From: Ophelia neglecta | Lineage: Eukaryota | Assembly (NCBI GenBank): GCA_965285935.1 | Contig: OZ260667.1 | Span: forward strand, 39,246,001-39,310,000 | Direction of reading: 5' to 3' | Length of the DNA: 64,000 nt | Shown: positions 1 to 14,300 of the stretch, piece by piece | Numbering within the stretch: the stretch's first letter is position 1 | Layout of the letters: every line of letters begins with the position of its first letter | Notes under the pieces: model-generated | What the model was told of the DNA's origin: nothing | Seen by the model: only the letters and a program-made list of their open reading frames with translations | Databases searched by the model: none | Made by a program: the position numbers and the translations under genes

Positions 1-1827
1 CAGCTCGTTAAATGATTGATATTTATTCAAGTGCCCAAATAATTAAGATTAAATAACTAAGATAGGAATTTATTTCCAAAAAATGAGAAATTAAATTTTA
101 CTTAAATGCCACACCCACTCCTCGCACCCACCATATGACGATTCCATGGGTATCACATTTACATAAGTGTTAAAATTGATAGTTTGAAGCTGTTGAATAG
201 CCTCATATTTTTGGATAAAGAGTATATTAGATACTGCGTATGTTTTAATTCGATTTGCTGGTGCTTTACAACTATCAATTAATTAAATGATATTCTGCAC
301 AATGCTGATTTTTTAAAGCTGATTTTAAAAACAAATTCTAAGAATCTGATTTATAGCATGGGCGGCGTGTTTGTCTCAGACAGGTCAACAAAATACTGTA
401 ACTTACGAAGTTATTTCTTCAGTTGTATCAAACAATCTTGTTTAGAGATTGTTGAGAAGGCCAACACATTGACGCTTTTTTAAAGTTACCATTCATCAAA
501 GTTTTAACTCTCTTCCTACAACCAGACCAAAACTTCTTCCCTAAATATAAAGTGATCTGCTGTGAAAGTTCCTTTTTTAGTATAAGTCATCGGCATTTTT
601 CAGCATAAGTACGACCTATATGTTTATGGTGACATACCTGTAATAGACTGGGTTGGGAGTTAATTCAGTTCAATTTCGTGTGTTTCCCCATTATTGGATG
701 AAAAATTGAATTAATTTCATCTCAAATGGTAGTAAACTAAAATTGGTGCGATGTTTGCATACATTTCATCTATATGTCCTCTGATTTCATGTCAATTGCA
801 CCGCCCGTTTCGAGGCTAACAGTGTAACTATGACATAGAGGTTTCGCCCATGTCTATTAACTCTTAACTAAGGCGAAATATGACCTTGAGGAGTAACCAC
901 TCGCATAACTTTGAGTTTAAAGATGAATCTGTCTCCATAACCTCTAGAACAGAGACTGATGTACAGTGTACCTGCATTCTAAAGAGACAAACGCATATTA
1001 TATCGCTTCGACAGTGCACAAAAATGATCCACTGACACACTTTTCTATTACAAGACAAAATGGTAAGAATTCTTCAATCCAGTTTGAATTATCATTGCTA
1101 TGATTCTAATTTGATCTTATAAACGCTTTGTTGAGTTATAAGTTGACCTAAGCTTTGTAAATAATGGACATACTAACAGATGAATTTGTGAAGCATTGGG
1201 TAAGGTGGACGTTTTATTATGAGAAGAAATGAAAGGAAATGTTTTTCAAAGGAATCCTGGTCAAATTTAACGTAAGCACATCTCGAACTGAATCCACAAT
1301 TTCTATTCTCTCTCTCGATCTATTGACATTCTTTGAAAAAAAAATCTTTGTTACAACTTTAAACTCAGAATAAATGTAATGATTTGGTTAATGCAATTCT
1401 AATACTTATAAAATTGTATATTTTTATCGTTAAAAAAAAACCAGTCTCTAGCGATCTCTGAAACATGCCAGTCGAGCAGACTTGGTCAATACACCTCCCT
1501 TCTCATACAACGCGGGATTTGTAAGAATATTTCGACAGATGTACGTATATAAGATTTGAGGTAAACATCGTTTAGTTGTCATTAACTTTATATATTTCAG
1601 TATTTGCATTTGTAACAAAATCAAAATGCGTCTTTTTTGAAGGCTATGCCTAAGAGATATTGCCCTCCTTGGCAATCTTTGTTGAAACAACATTTATTTG
1701 GGCATATTATTATGCATCCGGTCGGGTATCCTGTGCGCCAGCTTGGGGCTTTTTAGAAGCATATTATATATATAACCATATCTCATTGGTAATTGATGAA
1801 AAAGGCATCACATCGCTTCAAATCAGT

Positions 1828-1884
1828 ACTAAAAGAAAAATATATTCAGACTAAAAGAAAAATATATTCATACTGAGAGAAAAA
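1828..1884. repeat. 22-bp tandem repeat (ACTAAAAGAAAAATATATTCAG), ~2.6 copies
   Basis: Two near-identical units plus a partial third, read directly from the sequence. Confidence 0.8.
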
Positions 1885-4217
1885 TGTCTCTGAGGGGAAT
1901 TGTTGTTTGGGGTTTTACGCGGCTTTGCGTGGAAAAAATGCAAGCACCGAGCAACCTTGATTAAGGGGTGAAACTCCAAAGAGGGTGCTTTTTGTAGGAG
2001 ATGTCAAACCAATCTGCCGGCCCGGCCTCTAATTCCAGTCGATACGACTTTGGTGGCCGTGTCTTCTGGGAGAAAGTCTCTAAACTGACTTCAAGGGCCA
2101 GTCTCGTGTTCTTGTTTGTTCTCGTTTCACCCGAGACCTGGAGTAAAAAGAAAGTGAAGCGACCTGTGCAAACACCATGTGCGAACCTATTAGGGAATTG
2201 TTTATTCATGCCGAATACGTAGCCTACACACAACAACTAGCCAGCTGCGATCCAATGCCAGCCTGCCCTCCAAGGACAGTGAGAAAATGACTTTCTAGCG
2301 TTTCATATATTCGAAAGACAGCTTCTTTTTTCTTTTATTTATTCGCTTGAGTTGCTTTAAATAGCCTTTGTTCAGAATCTACATGTTCAATATTCAGTCC
2401 AATGAATTGAGTGCGAATTCAGTAATCTACTATGTAGATGAATTTAGTGCTTCGGGAAACTTGGGATTGTGGCCAAATCGATTGCATCAATTGTAGAATA
2501 TATTGGCTAAAAGGCGTGTCCTCTTAGGTTAAGGAAATGTATGGATATTTCGTCAGTTTTCAGAATTTGGGGCTGCTCACAGAGTAGCACTCCTTGTAAA
2601 TGATATGCCGTATACGCACTTATAAATCAAGGGTGATACTTCAAAAGGCTAGGTCTCTTGGAAAAATCGCAAGATAACATACGCTGATAAAATATGGACA
2701 TTGGATGAAAATTTTGTGACAGCTAAGCCGCCAATGGCCTGAATCGTTAAAAACGTGCGGGATTTAAACGAATGTCATAATATCCACCAATGGAAATGAA
2801 TGTTTTATAGCCTGAGTTTAACTAGCCTTTTATTCGCCCTCGAATACTTGGAATGAGAGTTGTGTTCTTTCTATCAGTTAGAGTATATTTCATTTTGGCT
2901 AGCCCTATTACCAACAAAGGCTTGCTCATTTATTTGTTTTGACTAATTTTGATGCTGAACAACTCGCTTGTCTAACTAATTGCAAATCGAGGTATATAGA
3001 CTCAACTCTCTCCTGATAGTCAAGAAACCAATAAACACTATTGATCTCGTATCTAATAATTACCAGGATGTTAATGATTCTTGTGCCAAATTAGTGGTGT
3101 TTATTGTTATTAACTTTGAATAGAACAAGCCTTTAATCTGCCAACCTCATTAAGTCAGCAACACAATACAGGTGTATCATTAATCAATCATCATGCTTAT
3201 TGTATTTAGCTTACTTGGATAACACTAACATAAATGTTGTGCGGAGTTTTATGATTCCGCACAGTAATATTTATCAGCGGTAATGCCTATATAGGGCGAA
3301 CAAAGTAATGCAATTATAAGGTGTAAGCTTGAGGTTGGCTTAGACTGCTACGGCCTAAATAATCAAATATGGCCCTATTTATTGGATTTTATTGCTAATC
3401 AGTCATTTGTAAATCGCTGACTGTCTTTGTCCTGCAATTACCGAGCCTTGAAGTAAAAGGACAATCGCGATCCCGTTTGATTAATCGGCCACCTACACCA
3501 TAGTTTCAACGTTAGGTGCAAAATGTTCATGTAGACTAGAATATGCCTCTGAGTTATGGGGAAATGAGCCATAATGCCGGTTTACCTCATTAGCATGTTC
3601 CAGGTGTCTTCTATCGAGCTGATGTTCTTTCAAGGACGACTGGCAACTGAGGCCTTCTGCTCACATAGGCGGGAAGCCTCGCAGATGGCACTCTATCTCA
3701 TACTACCGACAAACACTTTTAACCCGATTTTTCCATAATCATCCTTTGATATGAATATATGAACGTGTCAGTTCTACTTTCGGTTATATTTTAATTACAC
3801 ATATCTTTGCTGCTCTCATGGCGTACGTTTCCACGCATTTATATGAAAAAAAAGAAAACAACGCATTGCACATAATATAGCTTGATAAATATGAAGGGTT
3901 GGGAGTTTGGTCGGAGGTTTGGAAGCATTTGATTGATTCCGAAATATATGATTATATTATACATTTTAAAATGTTGTAAATATATCATAGTTCAATTCGT
4001 CCATCAAAAATGCCATGTAAGGGCCAATGCGAAAGTCTCTCGGGTTGCTCTGAGAGATGGTGGTGTAGTCCTTTCAGCTGTTTTTCGTTGTTTTATCCTG
4101 CCTTGTTAACATAATAAGTAAGTTAGCATCTTATTGGTCAAAGATACTACATCACTTGTAAGAATAATAAGTGGATCGGTCCATACATTAATGGAACATT
4201 CTAGTAAATGGAATCCG

Positions 4218-5330
4218 CATCAAGCAATCCCTAGAAAATCTGGGCGTTGAACGATGGATTGCTGCCGAAGACACCACCATGGACATATAGGCCACTGTTG
4301 GTGGATTGGTTTATGGTCACGGGTAGTAAAAACTACACTCCACAAATAACGGCCATTGATCTAGCTCTGGACTATGTCGTCCAGTCTAGTGACAGAGAAT
4401 TTGTTATCGCCTCAGACTCAATGTCGTCCCTCCAAGCTCTAGAAGGGTTTAGCTGGTCTAACCCTTTGGTTGTCTCTCGACGAGAAACCTTAAATAAAAT
4501 CCTCAAAAGAGGAAAAACTGTAGTACTTCTGTGGGTGTAAAGCCACGTGGGCATCAAAGGCAACGAGGCTGCCGACAATATCTGCAAATGAGCCTCTGGA
4601 AGATCCCATCTTCCCAATTATGATTCCGATTTCTGACTACAAGAGCCTGATAAACCAGTATGGCTGGAAACAATGGCAAACCGCCTGGGACCAGGCCATA
4701 GAAAACAAACAGCACTCTGTCTGCTCCACAAAACCGAAATCATTTCGACAGCCTCTTGCCTCCCGGAGGGACGACTTGATCATTTCTCGTCTGCACATCG
4801 GCCACTCTCATTTCACACACACTCATCTTCAGAGAAGAGAGGAACCACCTTTTTGTGAGGCCTGTCAGTGCCAGATTACCTTCCAACATATTCTGTTGGA
4901 ATGTAGCGATTTTGCCGAGGCTAGATACCGTTTTTATAATGTTAACAGCTTCTAAACCTTATTCGACAAGGTCTGCCCACACCAGATCCTTAATTTTTTA
5001 AAATCTATAGATCTCTACCACAAAATGTAGTAGATCTAAAACGTGGGAACCATTTTAAAAAAGCGAAAGTTTATGGAACTTTCTTTTATTTATTTATTGA
5101 ACAACTAACCTTTATCTTCCTTTCCTAACACTTTTTAGTCAGAAAAACATCTGACCCATCCACCTACAAGATTTATTATAAAATAGAGCTCAATAACCGC
5201 CTAATTGTTACTAGTATCCCTTGTAAATAAAAATAGACAGTGCAATAAATGATAAACTATACCCAACTTAAGACACGAAATGGTCCACATGGCGTCTATG
5301 TGTCGTTAAGCCCCAAAAATCAAAAATCCC
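4218..5330 (+). mobile_element. Decayed, 5'-truncated and internally deleted I-group (I/Nimb-like) non-LTR retrotransposon: RNase H, CCHC C-terminus and 3' UTR
   Basis: Translation gives ..TPPW.., AIDLALD..FVIASDSMSSLQAL..VVLLWV*SHVGIKGNEAAD (non-LTR RNase H motifs with an in-frame stop), then ISRLHIGHSHFTH..CEACQCQITFQHILLEC (CCHC). The 3' end GTGTCGTTAAG-CCCCAAAAATCAAAAATCC is shared with the copy at 46.8 kb. Confidence 0.88.
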
Positions 5331-6193
5331 TGTGTCCATCTGTGCCTGTGTACAATTATATTGCTTTGAAAGAACAGTGGCCCAGACAGTCTGACAATAA
5401 ACATATGTCTTAGCATCCGCAAGGAAACAAAGGTGTCGGAATAGACAGCTGAATAACATTTACCCCTTAGGAAGACTTAGGTGTCATCTATGTTTCCTGA
5501 CGCAACACCTCAGCAAGCAAGGTGTTCTCTCTTTCGTGTATGTTGAGCGCTAAGCATAAACAGCGATTGGACGTTGAGATTCAAGTATCTCATATGACTG
5601 TTATTTTTCCGTTGAAGGGTGATGAGTGACATTTCATGGCACTTAAAACACAGGAATTTGACCGTTTCATTACTTTATTGTAATGTTGATTTCCTGCTTT
5701 GTCTAAGCCTATTATAATTAAACTGCACATTTCTTGCACCTAAAACTCTTTCAGTGCGCATTGTGTCATTAATTGGAATTTTAATTCATAAAATGCACAC
5801 GACATTGACAAGTTATATCTGTCTCTTAGCCCATTGTATACAAACACCTAATTGATTTTAGGCCATAGATTAGCTGTCAGTCGATTTTCTCTTTCCACCC
5901 TGCAGAGAAGTTCTTTGCTATGATTCCGTCACGTCTTTTTGTGTAGTTCATATTGATAAGTCTGAGAAATGTTACATTTTGCAGAAGAAGGATCGAGAAC
6001 TAGCTTTACATAATGTGATGTTGTTTACGTTGTCTTATCGTCATGCATTTAAGAGCTAATAGGGTCTAATTGAATAATCGGGGTGGAAAATGTGCCTGGC
6101 AGGGGCATCCTTAAGTGGCCACATAGCATTTATCAAGGTTGAATCACCAAATGATAGCGCGCAACGACTTTGTACCAACCAGTTTTGTGCTAA

Positions 6194-7424
6194 GGGCTCT
6201 TCCATTTGAAAAGGTGTGTGGGGGGGGGGGGTGGAACTGGCTTTTTTTTGCACCCCCCCACCAACAGTTTTTTTTTTCTTTGGACCCCCCCAACCAAGGT
6301 AAAAGGTTCATTCGTGACCCCCCCCCCCATGTATAGTTATGAAATTTCAAATAACCCCCCCCCCCCCAAAGCAAATAACTTATACTAAAGCATCTTCAAT
6401 TCAGGCTTTAAAATTGAATCTGTGGTATGCTTTCACAATGCACCTGATCAGGCTGATGAGCTAACCGACTTGCTTCCTACCTCTATAAGTAATTTTATTT
6501 ATTAATATTGCCAGGTTTTGAAAAAAAAGTAAAATATAAACACCATGGTATAGATGGGTATTAATGCCAATCCAAACAGAAATTAAAACAAAATGTTGGG
6601 CTATTTCAGCAGGTCAGGTGCTGCTAAGTTGAGTTAGACAGTAACCTGGTAATTGACAGGCAAACCCTAAACCCAAACATAACCCTAATACATGCAAAAC
6701 AACTGATTTGTCTTTTAAACAGTACCCAATACAGCAATATTCAGCAATGAAAGTTTTCTCAAAATTGGTCTGGCCGGTTTAGATACGATCCCTTTAATGT
6801 AATACGTGGTCCCCATCTCTTAATCGGCCCTCACAACATCGTCAGATCATCAGTCTATCAGTCTACCTATCTATAGCCAGTCAGGCCTCATCAGCAGCAG
6901 TCATTCAGTCAGATCAATGTACTTGTGTACCACGCACACTTGAACTGTTGAATCTAGCCTAGACAGCGTGGTTCCGGTTACCCGACCGACACTAAAAAAG
7001 TCCCCGACCCTACGGTTTTTACAGCTTTATTCAGAATAAAATTTTGGCCTGCGACCCCCGGTCCTGGCCTGACAAACGCATTTTTTCGTGTTCGGTTTCT
7101 TTCTTGCTCTGCTCTGCCGGAAATAAACTGGTCGTAAAGTTTTCTTCCTTCTCCCGCTATTGTGCCGAGAGCTACATGGCTCTTACTTCAACCTGCACCC
7201 TCCCCGCACTGTCGCTATTTTTATGCGGGTACTCCCTCCACACGCTGGCAGGGGTGTGTGCAAACCGCTCAACAGCTGGTCGTCGGGAAGAGCTAGGTGC
7301 GTCTTTTATATTTAACGACCCCCGCACCAATAGAAAATATTTAATGGTCGAGGGGTGCAGGAATAGAAAAACAAAACGCTTCCGTTCCACCCCCCCCCCC
7401 TGATCTTTTTAAATGGAAGAGCCC
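6194..7424. mobile_element. PIF/Harbinger-like non-autonomous element (MITE), 1231 bp
   Basis: TIRs GGGCTCTTCCATTT(G/A)AAAAG followed by poly-G and TGGAAC at both ends. TAA target duplication at 6191-6193 and 7425-7427. No transposase inside. Confidence 0.85.
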
Positions 7425-8284
7425 TAACCTCGAAGTTGTACCTTATTCTACGTGCTGCGTCACTTTGAAGGTGTGCTTTTAATTGTCTTGCCGAACACAG
7501 GGAGGGAAAATGTACAGTTTATTCATTGGTCAAGTCATATAAATCAGAAGGGGACCTTTCATCTTCACGTTCCTTCGCGGATTGTTTTTGGTGCTTCAAT
7601 TTTTTTTTCAAAGACTGGGTTGCGATGCATTAATTTATATACGCTCATTAAAAAAACACAAGCAGCTTTTGCAAATTGTCATTAATTTTCCTTGTAAATG
7701 TATCCGCCAGTTACATTTACTTTTTACAGCGTTGTGGTCCACCCATCAAATAAAAAGCATCACGGGGGATAATCCTTTCGCCCTTTTATGGCTTTTTCGG
7801 CACGAGTCCAGGTGTTTTCTCTGATCATTTCTATGGAGAGCCTAAATCTAATAAAGAATTAATACGCAAGCCTGTGTTAGCATTTGGTCACCATTTCAAA
7901 GGGAACTGTTACGATTATTCCAAACAGAAACGAAATAAGTGTAGACGAATCGTTTATTAATATTCTCCTTAGGAGTGGCTCTTATAATATAGGGTAGAGA
8001 CAATCATTTATTATCCAGCCATGTTGAAACGATATTTCGCTCGTTAGGCGACCAAGAAACACACAGTAAATGTAATTTGACATCTGGTATCGCATGCAGT
8101 TGCAGCATAGATCAAGCACGATTAGTAAACAATTTCCTTCCCAGGAAAGAAGTCACTACATATTCATATCTTCACCAATGATCGACAATGCGCATAAACA
8201 TTACTCTGGTTGAACAATGAATTTATTGAGACAGTTCAATGAATGTTTGTTTCGGCATAACGTGGGAATATAGCCGTTGCTTGT

Positions 8285-8350
8285 GTTTAATTCAATGGTT
8301 GTCAATAGACTTACTGGCCGAAGGCCGAATGCTTGAGCATTGCATTTAAC
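8285..8350 (+). repeat. Degenerate hairpin relic with GGCC-GAA-GGCC apex
   Basis: Apex at 8316-8326. The outer arms GTTTAATTCAATG and CATTGCATTTAAC are imperfectly complementary. Confidence 0.35.
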
Positions 8351-11300
8351 GTGAATTCGAATGGTAGCATCCTAGGAAGACATTGAATCTAACCTGCATA
8401 TGCCATGATTATAAAGCAAAAATAAAGTTCTTAAAGAGAATGTATCTCATATGTTTGAAGAAGTTGATTTATAAGTTCTTCGTTTACAGGGAAATTTAAA
8501 TCGTTTACGGAATATATGGGCACGAAATGACGGAACTACAATTACACGATTGAATCGGAATCTGACCAGGACATTTGAATCAAGAGTATGAAACCGACAG
8601 GCAACGAAGAATGTTTAAAGGGAACCTGACCAGTGTATTTGATACTAGCATAATAAACAGACATGTAACGAATAGTTTCATTTGACATCGTATAACGAAT
8701 GAACATATGCATAAAATTGCCAACCGTGCAGCAGTCACGCTAATATACAATGTACATAGAATCGACACTTTATTGACTTCCAGAATCTCACTTGTCCAAA
8801 CTTGTGGTTTAAGAATTGCAAAGCAGAGAGGAAATGATCTGTTAATTATAAATACAAATGAGTTTCTTTCCCAAACAGCCAATGCCAAACTATATTATCT
8901 TTGCAAAAAAATAAGGAAAATCATTAGGAGCCAGCAACTTCAAGCCCACAACCATCAATCCGCAGCTTCCAAGCGGTAAATAAATTTATAATTATAAAAT
9001 GAAAATATGAAATTGATATCAAAAGATATTTTTCTAAATAGCGAGTCATTAGTCAATCACTTAGGACGGAGATGAAAATGCCATAGGAGAGTCTGTAGTA
9101 GTCCATGCCGTATAACAAACTTCTGACAAGAAATACATCATTCTCTCGCATGGACCATTAGCATTATGCGTATCCTGGGATCATGTGCTTTCTGTTGATG
9201 TATAAGGAGGTTCTGAAATAATAAAAATGAAAAAGGGATGCACCTTTTCCACCCTGATTATTCTTGTCCAGCTGATATGAACAAGTTGGTTATTTCGATA
9301 ACAGTTTGTTTGCATAAAAGTGTTTTCCCTGTATAATGTTTTGAAATTATTCGTTCATGTAAAGGGGTCCATTTCGGGTAAATGAAATTTACCATTACTA
9401 AGTTTATTAGTTTTGAGACACCAAAAGTCATAACATATATCCAATTATCTAAGCCTACACTTATGACAAGAGTTCATATGTTAAGACAAAAAAGTTAGTT
9501 CTCATTAATATATATTAATGTTCAAATATTTCCTAATTATAACTGAAGCATACATATATCGATTTCAACATAAAAGGACACTTATCAATTTCTACATTAT
9601 ATGACTATCTGTTCACAGGCAGCCCATGGCTGAACCACCATTTTACACATTTGGTTGTTTTGACCTTAATGTTAAAAAATATGTCATTCATAAATATATT
9701 GACATGTTGTCCATGATATGTTCCCTATTAAATTCAGTTAGAATCTGTTCATCATTTACAGAGGCTTTTATTTTGTTTCAAAAAGTAAATGTGCAGCGTT
9801 ACATGAGGAAAGCACATGCTAGACCTCTCCCTGGAACTAACTGGTGGCGTAAGGTCGGTTAAGGCACATGGTGTGAAGTGACTTCCTCAAAGAACCATAG
9901 ACCATTATAATACTGTCACACCGGACGTCCAAGGCAATTAATCTGGCGAAAATACATCGCACGTGGAAAACAGCTTCCCGTGAGTGACAAAGTAACTTAT
10001 TTTCAGCCCCTCCCTTTAATTGACATAGCATTTTAGGTAGACCCCTAGCCATTATTATTGACTGAATCCTTGGTACACGGTAACACTAGTGGCAGAAATA
10101 CTGCAGAGTAGAACTGTATGGTTCTTTGCTTCTGTAATTCCAGACATTACAAACGTACCTGAGAGTATTTTTTATTCTGAGAGTGTTATAATTGTCCACA
10201 GTCTGCAACTGACTTGGGACCTTTGTTCTTCTGCAGCGAATAACCTTTGTTCATTTCCTTCAAGCACTGGCACATTGTGATTTGAAGCCATAGTGTAGAG
10301 TTCAATGGAATCGTTTCATGCGTCTAAAGTATAAACGGATTGGGGAAAAACTACAAAGTCACATGAGAATATACACGTTGCTGTATGAATATCTGGTGAA
10401 ATCAACAAAAAACTAATTCAAAAGAATGTTACTTCTTGGTAAAAGTCACAGACGAAATTTGATGAACAAATCACGAATATTTCTCAAAGCAGAAAGTGGT
10501 TCTCAATGACGACAGCATGCACTGTAGAACTGTTGAATATACGACACCAAGTTAAGTGTGCTTTGCCATGTACCACTTCCGGTAACCTTCAGGTGAAATT
10601 GCATTCTCTTGTCCGTCTACAATAACGAGCCACTGCACCTTCAATTGGTACTCACATTTTTCACTCTGGCACCAACGTGGGCGGTTAGATGTAAATGATT
10701 GCAGCAATAAGAGTAAATATGTTCTACCTTCATTTTTAGAATGGGACCGTGAACGAAGTCCTACGTTGGACGCAGTAGGATGGTTACAGTTTTCCTTTAA
10801 ACCTTTGCTCTGGCAGCCTGAGTGAAGAGTAATCATGTTGATATTCCAAAATGACTAGTTATTTGTTTTGTTTTCTACGCGTGTCAGTTTGCATCCAAAG
10901 TATCAGTAAAAGAAGCAAATCGTGCCATTTTTGGGGGAAAATTGAGTCCCTGCTATAGTAATTAACCGCTAGTTGGAGAATTGTTTTGAATACTTCACGG
11001 AGTTGTGCAGACTGTTACTGAACACATAATATTAAGTTGGTGTCAAAGAAATGTGACTCTTTATTGGGTCATCCCTTTTTTGTCGTTCATTGTTTTTCCT
11101 TCGTTGGAACTTGATTTACGGCCAATTTGGAAGCAATTAACCATCCTGATGTAAGTTTGAGGTAAATTTGTGAAATCAGTATAAGACAAAGTTGTAATGC
11201 AACGTGTCACTATCACTCACGGAAGGTTGTCACTTGTCGTAATGGGCGAGTTTCACAAAAGTTCACTGAGCATATGAACCGAAAATCTACCAGAAGGTAC

Positions 11301-14300
11301 TGGACAGGATAGTGTGTCAAGGATTTCAACTGACTACAAGTCTGAACGTCCCCTATAACGAATTTCTTTTATAAAAATAATTTTCCATTATATATAAAAG
11401 CCTAATGCATTTCTTTTTATAGACATAGATCAATGGCATAGACAAAAGCAATATAGGAATTAATGTCCTACGGCCACAGAGAACCAGGATTGCGAGCACT
11501 CAGCGAGGAATTCTCTCAGTCCTTCAACAACGGAACTATGTTAACCTTGCCCATTTCAGACCGAAGTAGAACAAATCTTCATTAATGTGAAACAAAATGG
11601 TACCATTACTTCAAACCTACCGACAAACACAATGGTGCAATTCTCGGACAATTGCTCGGTTGTGAGCTAAATGGTTTAGCGGAAGATCTGTCACCGTACC
11701 AGGTCACAGAGAAAGGATTTTGTTGGAAGGAAACGACTAAATGCGCTGTCGATCAAAGGAACCTTAAATGTCGAGAGCCAAACTAAAAGGGCGTCGTGCT
11801 CAACCTACTTGCATTTAGTCTCCTCGACTTGCCCGCTTTTTTGATATATCTCGCTGCTTTTTTCCTAATATTGAAAGTCAGTGACAAAGATTTTTGGTAC
11901 CACAGAGATTGTGGATGTGGAGTCGTCCGTTGGGTGACTGTTTAAACGATAATTTATGTCGTGAGCGTCACATGTGCTTTATAATCATTTATAAGCAAGG
12001 TGCTTTTTTGATCCACGGACATGATAAATTGCTTTAAGTTTATACCGATAAAAAAGTTAAGCTTGTGAGTAAATAGTCACAGTTTGCCCTGTCGCATTAA
12101 AAGACAAACATTATCAAAATGAGGTCTTGGTTACATCCGTTTCCATGAATAATTGATAAGCGAGTCGTACAAGTTATATCTAGTGTTTTTGTAACTTAAA
12201 ATCGTCTTTTATTCAAAGCGCTTTATTCATTGGCATTTTTCTTGAATTTCGAATGTGCTGCTGGCAATGTCTAGGTCGTTTAAATCTTGCGATTAAAGTT
12301 CAGACTTAAACTAACGAAGCGATTACCGGCACGAGGTCCGGACCTGGAAATGCACACTCACGAATGAAGTCCTGCCAGATCTGATATCGTATGATAATGT
12401 GCTCAAGGTGTCTTGTAATCAGGATTGCGTTTTCGGGGCTCTTAACCCTTCCATAATTCTTCTGTATATGTGCATCATGACAATTATTCGTTGATGCTTG
12501 CTTTATCTTCAGTGGCATCCTTGGCCTCATTAGTAAGAATGTGAATGGACGGCCTGATATCAAAAGACAATCTGAGAGGACACTCGCACACTCATGTGCA
12601 TGTTAAGATCGTTTGACTTCGCTGTTCCAGATCATTTAGCTAATATATCTGAAGAACAATTGGAAGATAGTTCAAGCGATTAATTCCATCAGATGCTATC
12701 GGTCTCGAAACATCTTGATTAACTGAGAAAACCTGGGTAAAAACCACACATTACCAAATAAAGATAAAGAAACACATTTGACTATTTATCTCACCTAAAG
12801 TCCATTAAAGAAGCCGACAACGCGTCTAGAGTAGTACCAACACACCTACCTTGAATAATTTTGAATACGCTCCCAACTAACAATTCGAAAACACTCATCT
12901 CGTGCAGCCCGCATTCAGCTGATGAAGCATCAAGAGCTGGGAGTCGACACGATATTCCGTTTATTCCGTGTAGTCACATATTCAAAGAGGAAAAATTGCC
13001 CCATTTTCTACTATCACAGACATGTGTGACCTGTAGTACACACAAAGTGCAATTTGTTCCAGTTATTAAAATAAATGAACAACATCATTTGTTAGAACAT
13101 ATACGGCATCTACTTGGACAGCCTTTATAAAGCATAACTGACAATGAATCATCCCTTCTAAGTCACTTGCTTCAAACCACTCTCCAGAAACAATGGAAGT
13201 AATATCATTGTGTATATAATGAAAGTACACTGCGATAACATTTCCATAAAAACAGTCGAAGCAATTGTCTCCTACCTGATCAGGTGTCATTATGTATCCT
13301 GCAATATCCATCAGTTTATTCTTTTCAACAGCAAATCGATGAAATTTTCTAAAAAGCAGGAGAAAGATGAGTTCTCTTGATGTGACTGCATAAAAAACAT
13401 ACGACGCCAGACTGAATACAAGAGATGGACAAATGCCGTCTGCACAGCTGGTATTTCACCAGGGGGTGTTTCTGAATCAATGATAAGGATCAATAGTACA
13501 ACTAGAACCAGAAAAGCTCATAATATTACAGCAAAAATCTATTTTATTCTCCAGCCCAATACACACTCTCCTGATTAACAGATCCAGGTAGTAACCCAAA
13601 ATCCTGCCTAGATACCAATTTTACCAATTTGGGAACGTAAGCTTCAACGAAGAGAAGCTCCACTTGATTAAGAACTCAACCGAATACAAATTTGAATTAG
13701 GCAGTGGGACAAGCTACTGACGTAAAGGGCCAGTCATGTGCTGTATCAGGCACCAGGCACATGATATTGGGCTCTTTACCAAGGCTAAAGAGGTCAAAAG
13801 AAAGACATGTATGACAAGTGTAGAGCAAAAAGATTGGGTGTGTCTCAAACAACAGGCAAACGGGGCAAACCCCGATAAAACACTGACACAAAGGAATGAC
13901 ATTTTCATTAAAAAAGGACATCCAAAGCGCACATTGATTTTAACGGACTTCAGTATATCCTTTAAACATTCAAGGAAGATGGTTCACCGGGCTTTGTTTA
14001 TGAATTTTTCTTCAAACTACATTGCACATTGCTGCTTTAAGCCTGATTTTTACCTCTTTTTCAGTTTATTAAGCTAGTTCCTTGAACAACAATGGAAAAA
14101 AAGGAGTAGCCTAAAGTAAGTTTGAGTTCAATGTCTTTAATAAATATAGTGCCCAGTATGACAAGAGCCCTACAGTCCTCTGTAAATGGCTTATCATCCT
14201 ATCAACTCACACGCTTTATACTTGGTCATGCTATTAATTTCTTCAGTGCTGACCACTATGATTTCTCAACCTTAAAATTATCCAGAAAACCATAGAGCGT

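Noticed and set aside
5530-5580. ATGTTGAGCGCTAAGCA, reminiscent of a SINE core
   Set aside because: Too short, with no A/B boxes or tail identifiable.
6056-7403. Gly/Pro-rich short ORFs
   Set aside because: They arise from poly-G/C tracts in MITE ends.
12306-12563. Possible hAT transposase relic on the minus strand (ILTNEAKD..NE*LS*C)
   Set aside because: There is only a vague match to the DExxD..EQLS motif and no supporting downstream motifs.
12915-12955. CTGATGA..GTCGACAC as a hammerhead ribozyme (also CTGATGA at ~6453, ~14328, ~20266)
   Set aside because: The required GAAA core and flanking stems are missing.
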